Below are positions 37,250 through 50,039 of a stretch of 64,000 bases of DNA, piece after piece. Both the position numbers and the translations under genes were made by a program. The notes under the pieces were generated by a model. The model made no database searches. It saw nothing but the letters and a program-made list of their open reading frames with translations, and was not told where the DNA came from. This stretch comes from Octopus bimaculoides (taxonomy: Eukaryota). The stretch is from NCBI RefSeq assembly GCF_001194135.2, contig NC_068989.1, forward strand, positions 10,451,761-10,515,760, read 5' to 3'. The stretch's first letter is position 1, and each line of letters opens with the position of its first letter.

Positions 37250-37370
37250 ACAGAAAGACAGATAGATAGTTCCGGCTAGTCAGTAGCCAAAGAATCAACT
37301 CAAACCAGCAGTAACGTTCCTTATCAGTTCTACTTTCAATTCTGACAGCTAATACCATGACAGTGCCAAT
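37250..37370. repeat. Unclassified repeat copy 3 (partial)
   Basis: GTCAGTAGCCAAAGAATCAACTCAAACCAGCAGTAACGTTCC...CTGACAGCTAATACCATGACAGTGCCAA is the inverse of 36716-36830. Confidence 0.75.
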
Positions 37371-39777
37371 ATTTTTATAACAAATCATACAAAACTGGAA
37401 AGATTAATAAACGTGAGAGCTGAAAAAAAAATAATAATAATTAGTAGTGGCTGTGTGGTAAATAGCTTGCTTGGTTCCCGGTTCAGTCCCACTTCGTGGC
37501 ACCTTGGGCAAGTGTCTTTTACTATAGCCTACATTCCTAAGCTTCTGACCCATATTGGCACTGGATATCTTGCCCTGGCTTGCGTCTGAATCATGTCAGT
37601 AGCATGGAGAGGGTCTGTGAGGTGCTGTGCAAGCATTGCTACACCTAAAATTTTAGGTTGTGTAATCGCTGACGAGGTGACTATCTGATGCCTGGTCGTG
37701 TGGGAAGGTGTTGTGACAAGCATGAAAGCAGGGGACGCAACAATCTCATGCACAGGCATTGCTAGCATTTTGCTTGGGCGATGGTCAGTTGATGGTCTTC
37801 CTTGGTCACAAGTGGCTAGCCATCATCATCATGTATGTATCTTTATGTATGTATGTGAGTATGTATTTATATATATATATATATATATAAATACATACTC
37901 ACATACCTACTTTTTAAGTTTGATAGTCATTCTATCAGTCTCAGAAAAGGGAGTGTAAGCATAATGACACACACACATATATATATATATATATATGTAG
38001 CAGGGGGTCAATTTGTTTTATTAAAAACTTTTAAGGCGGTGCTTCAGCATGGCCACAGTCCAATGACAGAAACACGTATAAAAGATAAAAGATATTCTGA
38101 TCCCTCACAGACAGAAGTGATAAGGTTGAATGTAGGCATTAAATTAAAGTTACGTGTTTTCCAACTCGTAACGTAACATTTATCTCCCTTTAATCATGTT
38201 TTTCATTCTTAACTCGCTTTCTGAGTGATTTCTCTTATTCCATATTAACGTCAAGCCAATACCAGATAGATTTCTTTTATTAAGCCACGCAGGGCCGAAC
38301 ACAGAGGGGACAATACAATGTAGAATTTTTTTTTTCAAAGCTGATCAATAGGGATCGAAAACGTTTTGGGACGTTTACACAAGGAGAAAACAAAGAATCG
38401 TTTTAACAAAACGGGGAGAAAATAAAACACTGACTATGGAATTTGGACATTAAATGATGATGATGATGATGATGATGTAAATCATAATCATCATCATCAT
38501 CATTTAATGTCCATTTTCCATGCTGGCATTGGTTGACAACCGATGCTGGTGTGTTTATGTCCCCGTAACTTAGCGGTTTGGCAAAAAAGACCGATAGAAT
38601 AAGTACTAGGCTTACAAAGAATAAGTCCTGGGGNNNNNNNNNNAAGTACTAGGCTTACAAAGAATAAGTCCTGGGGTCGACTTGCTCGACTAAAAGCGGT
38701 GCTCCAGCATGGCCGCAGTCAAATGACTGAAACAAGTAAAAGAATAAGTCTGTCTATGAGTGCTTGTGAATTGGTGATCACATCTACAAGTGATGGTGTG
38801 TGTGAGTCTAGTGTCAGTATGATGCAGAAAACGATTATAATAATAACAAGAGCACTCAGAGAGCGCAAACTACCACCAAAGCAACACCAACGTCCTCTCA
38901 ACGATTAGCCGGAGATGATTTTTAAAATGAGAATATCTGAAATAAACTTGACTGCTCTCACAAATGAGAATACTAAAAATGAACCTGACTGCTCTCAAAA
39001 ATTAAGTAAAAAAAAAAACAGGAAAAATAACCCAGAATCCTTGTTTAATCCCAAAATCTAATCAGTTTGTGCTAGTCATGAGGCCAAACATCTCTGAAAG
39101 TTTCATCCAAATCCATCCAGCGGTTCTTGAGATAACTTGTCCATGGACAAACAAACAAATGAATACAACTGGAAGTAATACCTCTGCCTTTGCCAAGACG
39201 GATGTAATAATATTTTCTATTATAAATGATCTTGGCATTCTTTTCATTTTACATAAAATATTCTTTACAATCTACTGTTGTTTTACTGCCATTTATTTAA
39301 AAGTATTCTAAATTTTATACGTAAAATATTTTTCTGGAAGTGAATTACGATTTATAACATTGCTACTATGGGAAATTATTGCTCTGCTTTACAAGTTTTC
39401 ACTTTATGAGCGGTCTCTGGGAACGAATTAACTCAGTAAATCAAGGCATTACTGTATTCTGTTTTGGTTTCGTAGAATAAAGCCTGGTCACAACTTTTAT
39501 GCATTCAAATGAAGAGGCAATACACTCTAGCTAATGTCAGTGAAATGTGGGGGCTGGATCACTAGTCAGTGTAGGAGAAATTAGTGGTTTATTTGTTCTT
39601 CCTAGACCATCCTATAACCTGATAATTCTCTCATATTTCAGGCCAACACGCCCTGGCTGGTTCTTATTTGCTGGCAGGCCACAAACTCACAGATAAAAAT
39701 ACAAGGTCTCACTACCCACATTTTCTTGGGTCATATGGAAACACACACACACAAGTGTATGTGAATATATGTGTGTA

Positions 39778-39862
39778 TTATTATTATTATTATTATCATC
39801 ATCACTATTATTATTATTATTATTATCATCATCATCACTATTATTATTATTATTATTATTAT
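39778..39862. repeat. (TAT/CAT)n compound microsatellite
   Basis: Visible directly in the sequence. Confidence 0.9.
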
Positions 39863-40491
39863 TTTCCAGCAGATCAATTCTGTTTCCATTTCTTTCTGAG
39901 TGTCTTCTTGACACCTATCATCATCATCGTCATCGTCATCGTCATCATCAAATGTGTTTTGGAAAAATTTTAATAGATTATGTTATTGTTTAGAATGTAT
40001 TCATGCTTATAGAACAAGCCTGTGTGTGTTTCTTTTTTTTTTTTGTTAGGTAGGTACAAGGTGTGACAATATTAATGTTACTTTTGATCTGACTGGATTT
40101 AATCCTTTTGCTTTGACAACATAAATGTCAAAAGTTCAAAGTTCAGTATTTAAGCTTTTTAGTAATTGGTTGTACCACCTTTTTTTTTTTCGACAATGAT
40201 AAAAGGCAATCTAATCCAGAGGGGAGAGAGAGATAGAGAGGAAGAGAGAGAGAGCAATGACAGAGACTCATGATGTATGGGCGAATATCTATCTATCTAT
40301 CTATTTGTTTCTCTATCTATCTATCTATCTATCTATATATATATATTTAATTATATGCGTATATATATATATATATATACATAATAAATTCAATAATGGG
40401 ATAAAAATCTTTTACAAGAATTTTATCAGGAAGCTAGTGTGTAAAAAATTCATAAGGGAATTTTCTATTCCCAAGAATATGATCATTCGTT

Positions 40492-40593
40492 TATATTTAT
40501 ATAAGGGCTTTACTACAGAATAATGCCACACATGTTTATTTGGGAAATCTAGTGTGTGGCATTATTCTGTAGTAATGCCCTTATATAAATATA
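40492..40593. repeat. 41-bp inverted repeat with 20-nt spacer
   Basis: TATATTTATATAAGGGCTTTACTACAGAATAATGCCACACA and its reverse complement, with one mismatch. Confidence 0.85.
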
Positions 40594-40669
40594 TATACAT
40601 AATATATTTATATATTATGTATATGGATGTATTAATATATGTATGTATGCCTGTATATATTTGAGATAA

Positions 40670-40969
40670 TAGTTTCACTTTAAATAGTTTCACTTTAAAT
40701 AGTTTCAGTATTAAAGTGAAAATATCTGACATTACAATTGAGAGGTGTTATTGTTTCACTTTTGACACGTAATACTGAAATAGTGGAGGAGATATGATAT
40801 TGCTCTGGGCTCACACTAGGCAAGAAGTTAAAAGTTTTTTTTTGGCCCATGACACTACATGGACCCTAAGTAAGGCATGTGTAAAATTTGAATGAAATTG
40901 GTTGTGTAGTTCTCAAGTTTTAGGGATTCACACAGACAGATAGACACATCTCATCTTTATATATATAGA
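40670..40969 (-). mobile_element. Non-autonomous Helitron 5' part, same family as 20772
   Basis: Minus strand reads TCTATATATATAAAGATGAGATGTGTCTATCTGTCTGTGTGAATCCCTAAAAC...CAACCAATTTCATTCAAATTTTACACATGCCTTACTTAGGG. Confidence 0.75.
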
Positions 40970-41400
40970 TAGGCGCAGGAGTGGCTGTGTGGTATAGGCG
41001 CAGGAGTGGCTGTGTGGTAAGTAGCTTGCTTACCAACCACATGGTTCCGGGTTCATTTCCACTGCGTGGCACCTTGGGCAAGCGTCTTCTACTATAGCCT
41101 CAGGCCGACCAAAGCCTTGTGAGTGGATTTGGTAGATAGAAACTGAAAGAAGCCTGTCGTATATATGTATATATATATGTGTGTGTGTATATGTTTGTGT
41201 GTCTGTGTTTGTCCCCCCAACATCGCTTGACAACCGATGGTGGTGTGTTTACAACCCCGTAACCTAGCAGTTCAGCAAAAAGAGACCGATAGAATAAGTA
41301 CTAGGCTTACAAAGAATAAGTCCTGGGGTCGATTTGCTCGACTAAAGGCGGTGCTCCAGCATGGCCACAGTCAAATGACTGAAAGAAGTAAAAGAGTAAA
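40970..41400 (+). mobile_element. Family B SINE, full length, with duplicated 5' 25 bp
   Basis: TAGGCGCAGGAGTGGCTGTGTGGTA occurs twice, followed by a complete element. Confidence 0.85.
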
Positions 41401-42612
41401 GATACACATATTTATACATAATGATCACCATTGTTTTAATGTCCAGAGTCTCAAATCTGGCCCATGATATGAAATGGTATATGGTATACAAAGTGTGATA
41501 GATGAAAGCATATGACCTTGTGGTTAGGGTGTTGTCCTTGTGATTGTAAGATCATACTTTTGTTTCCTGGACCAGATAGTGGGTTGTGCTTTTGAGCAAG
41601 ATATTTAATCTTATGTTGTTGTAGTCCGCTCAACTGTAAATGAGTAACCTTGTGAAGGATCAGCGTCCCATTCAAAGGGAAATGTGATCTTGGTCATTGA
41701 TATGTCATGGAAACTGAGGAATCAGCCTGGTGAGTCAAGAAAAAAACTATGGAATGGTAGGGATATGATGTGGATAGATATCTTTCTCTGTGATATATGG
41801 TGAGATGTGTGCTGATGTACAGTAATGTCATGATATAGCATAGTATGTGATAATACAATACCATGGTATAGCATGGCTACAATATCATGTGGTGCTATGT
41901 TGTTATTTAGCTCCAGATTAGATCTGATTATGCAACCCTATGATCAAACACATATTAGCTATGACCATGTTCTCTGGTGGGGTGGCTAAGTGAATCGAGG
42001 AAGATACGGATGCTATTTCTATTAAGTCAAATGAAGACATTAAGGCTTCTTCATTGGTTCATGCTGTGTGATAGTGTTGTTTAGTTCCAGTTCAGCCTGG
42101 ATAAGTAGACTTACAATCAAACGCGTTCCAGCTGTAACCGTCCTGTGATAGTAGTGCAAGTGGGTGGCTTGAGGGAGGTTTTGTTAGTTGGTTCAAGGAT
42201 CATGTAAAGCAGGACTTCCCAAGCTTGAGGTGAATTTGATCCCATGAGGTAAATTTAACCTACCCAGGAAATAAATTTGCTGATTCAGAATTTGTACATA
42301 TTTTTTATTTTAATTGTAATTTTAAAAACCTGTAGTTGAAAAGAACATTTAAAATGAAATTTTTTTTACTTTCTCTGAGTTTGGATTTAACAATTTGTAT
42401 TGTATATACTTTTTAATTACTGTTATTAATGGTGTAATCTGATTTGAAAGACTATATTTGATCCTGGTATTTGTTCATCATTTCTTTATAAATAAGTGAA
42501 ATAACATAGTCATAGACTACATTTATATATTTGCCAATATATTTGCCTAATCCTTGTTAGCATAGAAAACAGACATAAAAATGAATGAATAGACCTGTAT
42601 ACAATATTATAC

Positions 42613-42970
42613 GTGGAGGCACAATGGCCCAGTGGTCAGGGCAGCGGACTTGCGGTCATAGGATCGTGGTTTCGATTCCCAGACCGAGCGTTATGAGTGT
42701 TTATTGAGCAAAAACACCTAAAAGCTCCACAAGGCTCTGGCAGGGGATGGTGGCAAACCCTGCTGTACTCTTCCACCACAACTTTCTCTCACTCTTACTT
42801 CCTATTTCTGTTGTGCCTGTAATTCAAAGGGTCAGCCTTGTTACACTGTGTCACGCTGAATATCCTCAAGAACTATGTTAAGGGTACACGTGTCTGTGGA
42901 GTGCTCAGCCACTTGCACGTTAATTTCACGAGCAGGCTGTTCCGTTGATCGGATCAACTGGAACCCTCGA
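42613..42970 (+). mobile_element. Family D SINE
   Basis: Reverse complement of 35700-36076. Confidence 0.82.
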
Positions 42971-43011
42971 TCTCCTGGTAGGGTTTTNNNNNNNNNNNAT
43001 ACATCATTAGA

Positions 43012-43434
43012 TGTACACCTGACTTTCCTATATTAAATTAAGAATTGAACAGAACGCTGAACTCCAGACTATCAACACAAACAACATTTATTCAAGGAGG
43101 AAAATATACATCTTTACTCTTGTTTGTTGAGACGTCTTCGGTGTGTGAGAACATGGTTGTTGGGACGTTGGTATATTGATGTGAGCTGTCTAGCGTGAGT
43201 TCGAAAGATGGAGAGACAGCTAGACACGTCCTTGCTCAATCGCTGGCCAGCAAGAAAGAGGGCGATCAAAGCGGGAAAGCTTGGTTGTTGAATTCCACGC
43301 ATGCGCACGGCGTCACTACAGGTTCTTATGCTGGACAGCTCAGAGTAGTGGCCAGACTAACGTGGATTAGCTTTTCTGAGAGGTAAAAACGGGCTTGAGT
43401 AGTAAAAAGCAAAGTTATAGATGCATTGACGACA
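43012..43434 (-). mobile_element. Possible solo LTR
   Basis: TG...CA bounded, GC-richer 423-bp block with AATAAA near its minus-strand 3' end. No matching TSD was found, so the call is tentative. Confidence 0.3.
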
Positions 43435-44355
43435 ATTCAAACCCAACAAGACCTAGGAGATGTAGGGCTTCTCACAGGGAAACATAGAGAAACAGAAAAG
43501 ACGATGGAAAGTCGAAAACAATGGAGAAAAATTGTTGATGGTCTACCATAACTTTTCTAAGAATGGTAAAGTTTAGGCTAAGACTAAAACAAGTCCAAAG
43601 TTGTTTCTTGTTGGTATAATTAAAGTGATATTAGTCACTGACTCATATTGTAATTTCCTTATCATATAATTATATATAGATTTTTAATGCTTATTGTCTG
43701 AAATATGTTGACACTAACTTAAATATATTCAAATCACTTAGATATTTTATCATTTAGCTGTTATCAAATTTCATCAAGTCATGATGAAATTTATTGTTAG
43801 TTTATACTGGTGGAGGGCAGAGGGCTGTCTTATCAACATAAATTGATAAAAGATTAAACTACCTTGACAACTCCGGTTCAGTTTTTGGTGTGTAGAAAAC
43901 CTGGGTTGTCACAATTTCTTATCATCATCATCATTTAATGTCTAGGCTTGAGGGCTTGACAGGATCCGGTGTCTGTTTTGGCATGGTTTCTATGCCTAGA
44001 TGCCCTTCCTTATGCCAACCACTTTACAGCTAATACTTGTTGTGTTACCAGCACTAGTCAGCTTGGCATGCAATTTGCAAGTGTACAAAACCCTGGGGAA
44101 CAACTTTATGTCTGGAGATTAGGGGTAAAAGGTGGGTAAAAGTATGAAAGAATGGGCCTGACCAGAACAAGTTTCTTGCTGTGGAGGAGCAGCATGGCTA
44201 CTCACATTTTAGAAAAGAGGATGGAAGTGATTGAGGGTGGAAGATTGGAAACGAAGGACACTGATTGTATGATGGTGACACTTTTTTGCAACAATCACAT
44301 TATATCAAGACAAGGAGACCCCAATTCACACACACACACATTGATATCTATATAA

Positions 44356-44568
44356 AGGCGGTGAGCTGGCAGAAACGTTAGCACGCCGGGCGAAATGCTT
44401 AGCAGTATTTCATCTGTCTTTACATTCTGAGTTCAAATTCCGCCAAGGCCGACTTTGCCTTTCATCCTTTTGGGGTCGATAAATTAAGTACCAGTTGTGC
44501 ACTGGGGTTGATCTAATTGACTGACCCCCTCCCCCCAAAATTTCGGGCCTTGTGCCTAGAGTAGAAAA
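44356..44568 (+). mobile_element. Family A SINE, full length
   Basis: AAGGCGGTGAGCTGGCAGAAACGTTAGCACGCCGGGCGAAATGC...GAGTTCAAATTCC (tRNA box B-like), central GACTTTGCCTTTCATCCTTTTGGGGTCGATAAA, tail GCCTTGTGCCTAGAGTAGAAAAG. Confidence 0.85.
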
Positions 44569-45591
44569 GGATATCTATATATGACCAGCTTCTTTCAGTT
44601 TCCACCTACTAAATTCACTCACAAAGATTTGGTCAACCTAGATGAAGAGAGGGTGGAAGTGATTGTGCAATGAGAGAGTGGGGAATATATACATAAATAT
44701 TCTATGAATAATTCAATTAACTGATCTTATTGGAAGAGTATATAAAAGCTAAAAACACAAGTGTGATAGGACCTCACATATATAATATAGTAAGCAGAAA
44801 AAATTTTGATCATCTGAAATTAATGAAGCTAGTTGACAAAACCCCCTTCTAGAGTTTTAAAATCTAGAGCAAGGGAGATAATCCCCTTGCTTGTTAGATT
44901 TTACATATCTAAGGAGTTTTTTCTACAAGTTGCATGGATAGCTTCAGTTGGTCAAAGTCTTTCTAGTTGCTATGCTGAAAGAAGTTACTACTTTAAAAAG
45001 TTACTATATTAAAAATGTGAGGACCTACTGAATTTTGTACTTAGAATGACACAGTTTTGGTCCTATGACTAAGAAATTTGGTTTTCTAACCACATGGTTC
45101 TGGGTTCAGTCCCACTACATGGCACATTGTGCAAATGTCTTCTACTATAGCTTCAAGATGACCAAAGCCTTGTGAGTGGATTTGGTTGACGGAAACTAAA
45201 AAAAGCCTGTCTTATGTGTATATGTGAGTGTGTGTGTGTGTTTGTTTTCCTTTGTTTTGACATTACATGATAGTTTTATTCATTTCCAATCTTCTGCGAG
45301 GATATGCCTGATCATGGAGAAAATATCACCTTGTTTGGAATTAGGTAAGGTTACTGCCCGACTACTTGGTTCTGGGTTCAGTCCCACTGTTTGACACCTT
45401 CGGCAAGTGTCTTTTATTATAGACCTGGGTTTATAAAATTCTTGTAAGTGAATTTAACAAATGGAAACTGAAAGAAGCTGGTCATATATCATCATCATCA
45501 TTTAGCGTCAATTTTCCATGGTGGCATGGCTTGACTGGAACTGAAAATCCACAGAGCTACACACTGCAATGGTGGTAGGGAAAAAACAAAG

Positions 45592-45673
<82 letters not shown>

Positions 45674-47409
45674 GATGGGCTTCTTTCAGTTTCCATCTAC
45701 CAAATCAACTCACAAGGCTTTGGTTGGCCCAAGGCTATAGTAGAAGACATGTGCCCAAGGTGCCACGCAGTGGGACTGAACCCAGAACCATGTGGCTGGT
45801 AAGCAAGCTACTTACCACACAGCCACTCCTGCGCCTATATATATCATCATCATCATCATCATTTAATGTCTGTTTTCCATGCTGGCATGGGTTGGATGAC
45901 TTAACAGGAGTTCACCAGTCAGAGAGCTGCCCAGTCTCTAGTTGTGTGTCTGGCATGGTTTCTATGGCTGGATGCCCTTTTTATTGCCAACCCCTTTTAC
46001 AAAGAGCACTGAATGCTTTTTATGTGGCATCTGTATGGTACACACACACACATACTTTCATATGTATGTATGATGAGGTCTAATAAACTTCAAACATGTC
46101 CATTACTTTTGCCAGTTGTCTTTGAAGATCAGGTTAACTCTGATTTGCATTATCTATATATCTTTGAAAAATGTTTATCTTGATCTTATTGAAATTATCT
46201 CCCTTGCTTGTTGTTTCTAGGTTTTAAACATCAATAGAGGGAGTTTTTGTCCACTCATTGCGTAGATAGTTGATTAAAATTTTTTTTCTATTCACTGCAT
46301 TCACTGCATTACGTTCAGCAAATTTTTTAGCGATGGTATAGCCGGTAAAATCGAATCCAGCTCTTGTACTTATTTTACCGACACCTAGGATGAAATGCTG
46401 GTCGACTTCGGCGTTATTTGAACTAATAATATGCAACATGAACACAGAATAACAATTTTTTTGTGGGGGAGGGGGCGTTGAGAAATGTGGGTACGGAGGT
46501 AGGTTCACGAACTGGGACTTTAAGATATTGATGGGATCAAATAAAAACAAAAAAACATGCAAACTTGGATGGATTCTAACCGCAGACTAAAAAAAGATTA
46601 TGTAACTAAATGCTGCTAAACAGAACTATTATAAGATGTAATTTCATACATCTAAGTTCAAATACCGCTATGGATGACCTTGCCCTTTATCGTCCCCAGG
46701 GGACAACGATACAATAAGTACCAAGAATGGTCCGTGTCAATTCAATCGACTATTCATAGCTGTAATCATATTCTTGGCTTTGCGCCAGTACAAGAAACCA
46801 TTTATGTTTTTGCCGATTTGCCTCATCATTAGAATAGGATAAGAGAGAGAGAGAGAGAGAGGGGATAAAATACAGCAGTAGGTCAATGAGTTCTTATTAG
46901 TCACCGTGTCCACTTTATCAGTAATGTTACTGGTCATTTAATCTTACTGTTGACAAACATATTTAAGTTTAACAGACGTTACTATGGAATAAGATTAAAA
47001 AAAAAAAAGTTGACTGTTTTATCTTAAATCTGGTAATGTTTAGTTCCCAAATGCATGTGTTAAGCCTAAATGTTGCGTAATCAGTACGGATGTATGCATT
47101 GTAATGCCTCTATGCATATAACTGCTGTTATGTATACATATGTGTTAATTTTAGGAATTATTTTAAAGATATTTTAAGAATAACAACAATATAACATGTT
47201 CGTAATCAAGATTAAACATACGCACATGTATGTGCGCGCGCGCGTGTATATCTATATACATACACACATACATATATATATATGTATGTATGTATGTATA
47301 TACTTGGATAAGATTATCAGTGACATATGATTTCACTTTCTTTAGTACTTAAAACGGTCAATGTCATGCTTTCGGTAATAATCTATGGAGGTTAAGTCAG
47401 AATAGAAAG

Positions 47410-47446
47410 TCTGCTATTGGCTTGAATCTGCTATTGGCTTGAATCT
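47410..47446 (+). promoter_or_regulatory. Tandem 17-bp duplication, each unit with an inverted CCAAT box, upstream of TPP2
   Basis: TCTGCTATTGGCTTGAA x2, about 200 bp upstream of the TPP2 ATG. Function is inferred. Confidence 0.45.
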
Positions 47447-47647
47447 ACCATTGCAGAAGAAGAAGTAGCTCTTGGCAAAAGACTAGTAGCAGAAAAAGCA
47501 AAGCAAGAACAAGGTGCTTAGTGGTAAGAGGAGGAAGACGGTGGTGGCGGCTGCGGCGGCAGAGAAACATACAACAAGCGAAAACTGCTGCACTCTCTAA
47601 AAGACGGAGAGTAAGAAAAGAACTTGCTTGGTCACCGGTGCACAAGT

Positions 47648-47809
47648 ATGGCGTCATCGGCAGATACAGTTTTCCCTGTCGAAGGTCTTTTACCAAAAAA
47701 AGAAACTGGTTCAACTTCATTTCTCGCCAAGTATCCTGACTACGATGGTAGAGGAATCTTAATCGCTGTATTAGATACTGGAGTTGATCCTGGTGCTGCT
47801 GGTTTACAG
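47648..47809 (+). CDS. TPP2: Tripeptidyl-peptidase II coding exon 1
   Basis: [54 protein letters not shown] is the TPP2 N-terminus with the subtilase Asp motif. Donor CAG|GTAGAG, phase 0. Confidence 0.96.
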
Positions 47810-50039
47810 GTAGAGCTAGATTTTTTTTTCCTCCTTATATGTGTAGGTGTGTATTAGCCATGTGTGGTATCGTTCGTTGCTAAAGCTTTAATTGTCAAAA
47901 TTAAAAATGAAATATGTTATATTCTGGTTAATAAAATAGATTTATTATAACCTGAGTGAACCAAACCCAATCACAAATTATTTGCTGACTCAACATTTTA
48001 TCAATTAAGACACCCGTTAAAGTACATGTACCTTTTTTGGTCAAGATCCCTCAATAATGGTTACAAAATGGGGGTTCTATTTATAATTGTGATCAATTAT
48101 ATATTTATCCCCTATTTTATAACTATACCTTTTATTTTACAATTCATCATCACCCTTAATGCAGTTTAAAAAAAAAATGAATGGCTATATCTTTTTATTT
48201 CTTTTATTTGTTTATTTTTCTTTTTAATCCTGCTGCAATGATTACGAATTGTCATTAAATAGTTAATTTAGCAACTTGTTCTCTTTTTTCTGATTTCGTC
48301 TGTCTTTATTTTTCGTCAGATGATAATTTTAAAGTACCTTTTAGGGGGTTAGGAAATAGTAATAACTTTCGACATTTTTTTTTTTTTATCTTTACGTACC
48401 CTACTATATTTCGACAACTTTTTTTAGCGTATTTCACCTGCAGCCTCATCACCATCTTAATGTCTGTGCATGTAGAACAAGAGACCTACATCTATATAAA
48501 AGAAAACTCCCATCACGCACCGATTGTTCAATTAGCGGAAGTAAAGAGGATAACCTTAGGAAAAGTTGTCAAAATACGTAAAGGTAAATGTCGTCATTCT
48601 CCAAGACCGGTCAGGTTTTACCTTCTTGGTTATTAATATGCCATATTGTGTGGCCGTTTATCCTCCCGAATTCCTTCTATATTGTACAAACAAATGGTCT
48701 GATTTCAGATTCCTGTAGTATTTGACTTTATCAGTATCCTACGTGTATGTATAACTATTCACACGTTCACATACACCAGTTACTATATTCTAGGTTAGTT
48801 ATCCCGGATGCAATCTCCATTACTAGTTGCAAACTTCTGCCCGTGTAAATATCCATAATTTAAAGTCCCACAGATCTGAAATTGCTTCACGAAACATAAC
48901 AAAATATTCTAAGGTTAATTGTATCTGGTGCTCCTCTCTAAATTTGCTTGTGAATATTGTATACATTTTAGTTGTTAAAATTATTGATTAATCCAGATGT
49001 CCACGTACATTCAATGTATTCGTATTTTGATTTAAAATCGATTTTGTTTGAAAGTTTAGCATTTAGGCAAAGTTTAATTTCTCATGTCATGAGTAGCGTG
49101 AGTCAAGCAATGACCAGGCATTTCAAAATATTCTTGCCTGAATTATTTGAAGTTGAGAATTAGATACTTTACAAAGTTTTGCGTTGTTGTATATTGATCG
49201 CTGTATGACACATTCTCGTCAGTCACGGCGACAGAAAGTTCTTATAACCTCTTAAATTCAACGATGATGCAAGACGAGTGAAGAACCCGTGACATAATCA
49301 TTACAAGCTCGTGATGAAAAAAACAAAAAACAAACAAAACTAGTGGGATACAGACGTTGTCAACTAAAGTGCATATCCACCCTACTTTTTATCTGCCGGG
49401 GGCATTGCTTTTCTCATCGCCTGCATTTAATACACAGTGGTATATGAAAAAAGAAAGAAAGAAAAAATGGGGTATAAAAAACAGTATTGACTCCTTCCAA
49501 ATTTGAATTGTCAAGTTGTATTGAAAGGTCTTTTAGTTACTCTCGCAATCTTTGTTCCCAACAGAAGAACTAAACGTTTTGATTTAAAATTTAATTTTTC
49601 AATGGAAGTACAGCCTTTTAAAAATAATTTTTGTTTCTGACAATCTTAAAACTATACCGGGAGACAATTTTACTCGATTAACACAATAAAGGGAGACAGA
49701 TGTTGGCAGTTCTAAAGAAAGGTTTTAAGGAGGAAGGATTTGTGCAATTTTGGTTAGTGAGATGTTTCAGAAAAATGAGTTGGATAATTTCCTAATTCAT
49801 CTTTAATAAACATCTACAACAAAACTACTTTCTGAGTGAACAAGATTTATGATCAAACTTAGTATATGAAGAAAAAAATGTTATTTATGAGATAACCTGC
49901 TTTGGGCAACAGATTTGACATGTAGCTTGAGCAAAGTCCCAGCCAAACCAAAAGTAACATGTTGGTGAAATGATAAGGTTCCTAGGGCAGTTAAGGTTAA
50001 GAGACAGGCTTGAAAAGACAGGAAGGATGGTGGTGCTAG

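Noticed and set aside
38604-38673. 30-bp duplication within a SINE
   Set aside because: Flanks a 10-N gap; assembly overlap.
39642-39705. Possible exon after TCTCATATTTCAG
   Set aside because: No convincing donor, no recognisable peptide and no gene to attach it to.
44356-44450. tRNA-like sequences at SINE heads
   Set aside because: Box A/B-like motifs only, attached to SINE bodies; no complete cloverleaf, so not called tRNA genes.
47445-47739. Arg-rich and antisense ORFs over the TPP2 5' region
   Set aside because: Purine-rich 5' UTR and shadow frames of TPP2 exon 1; no homology signal.
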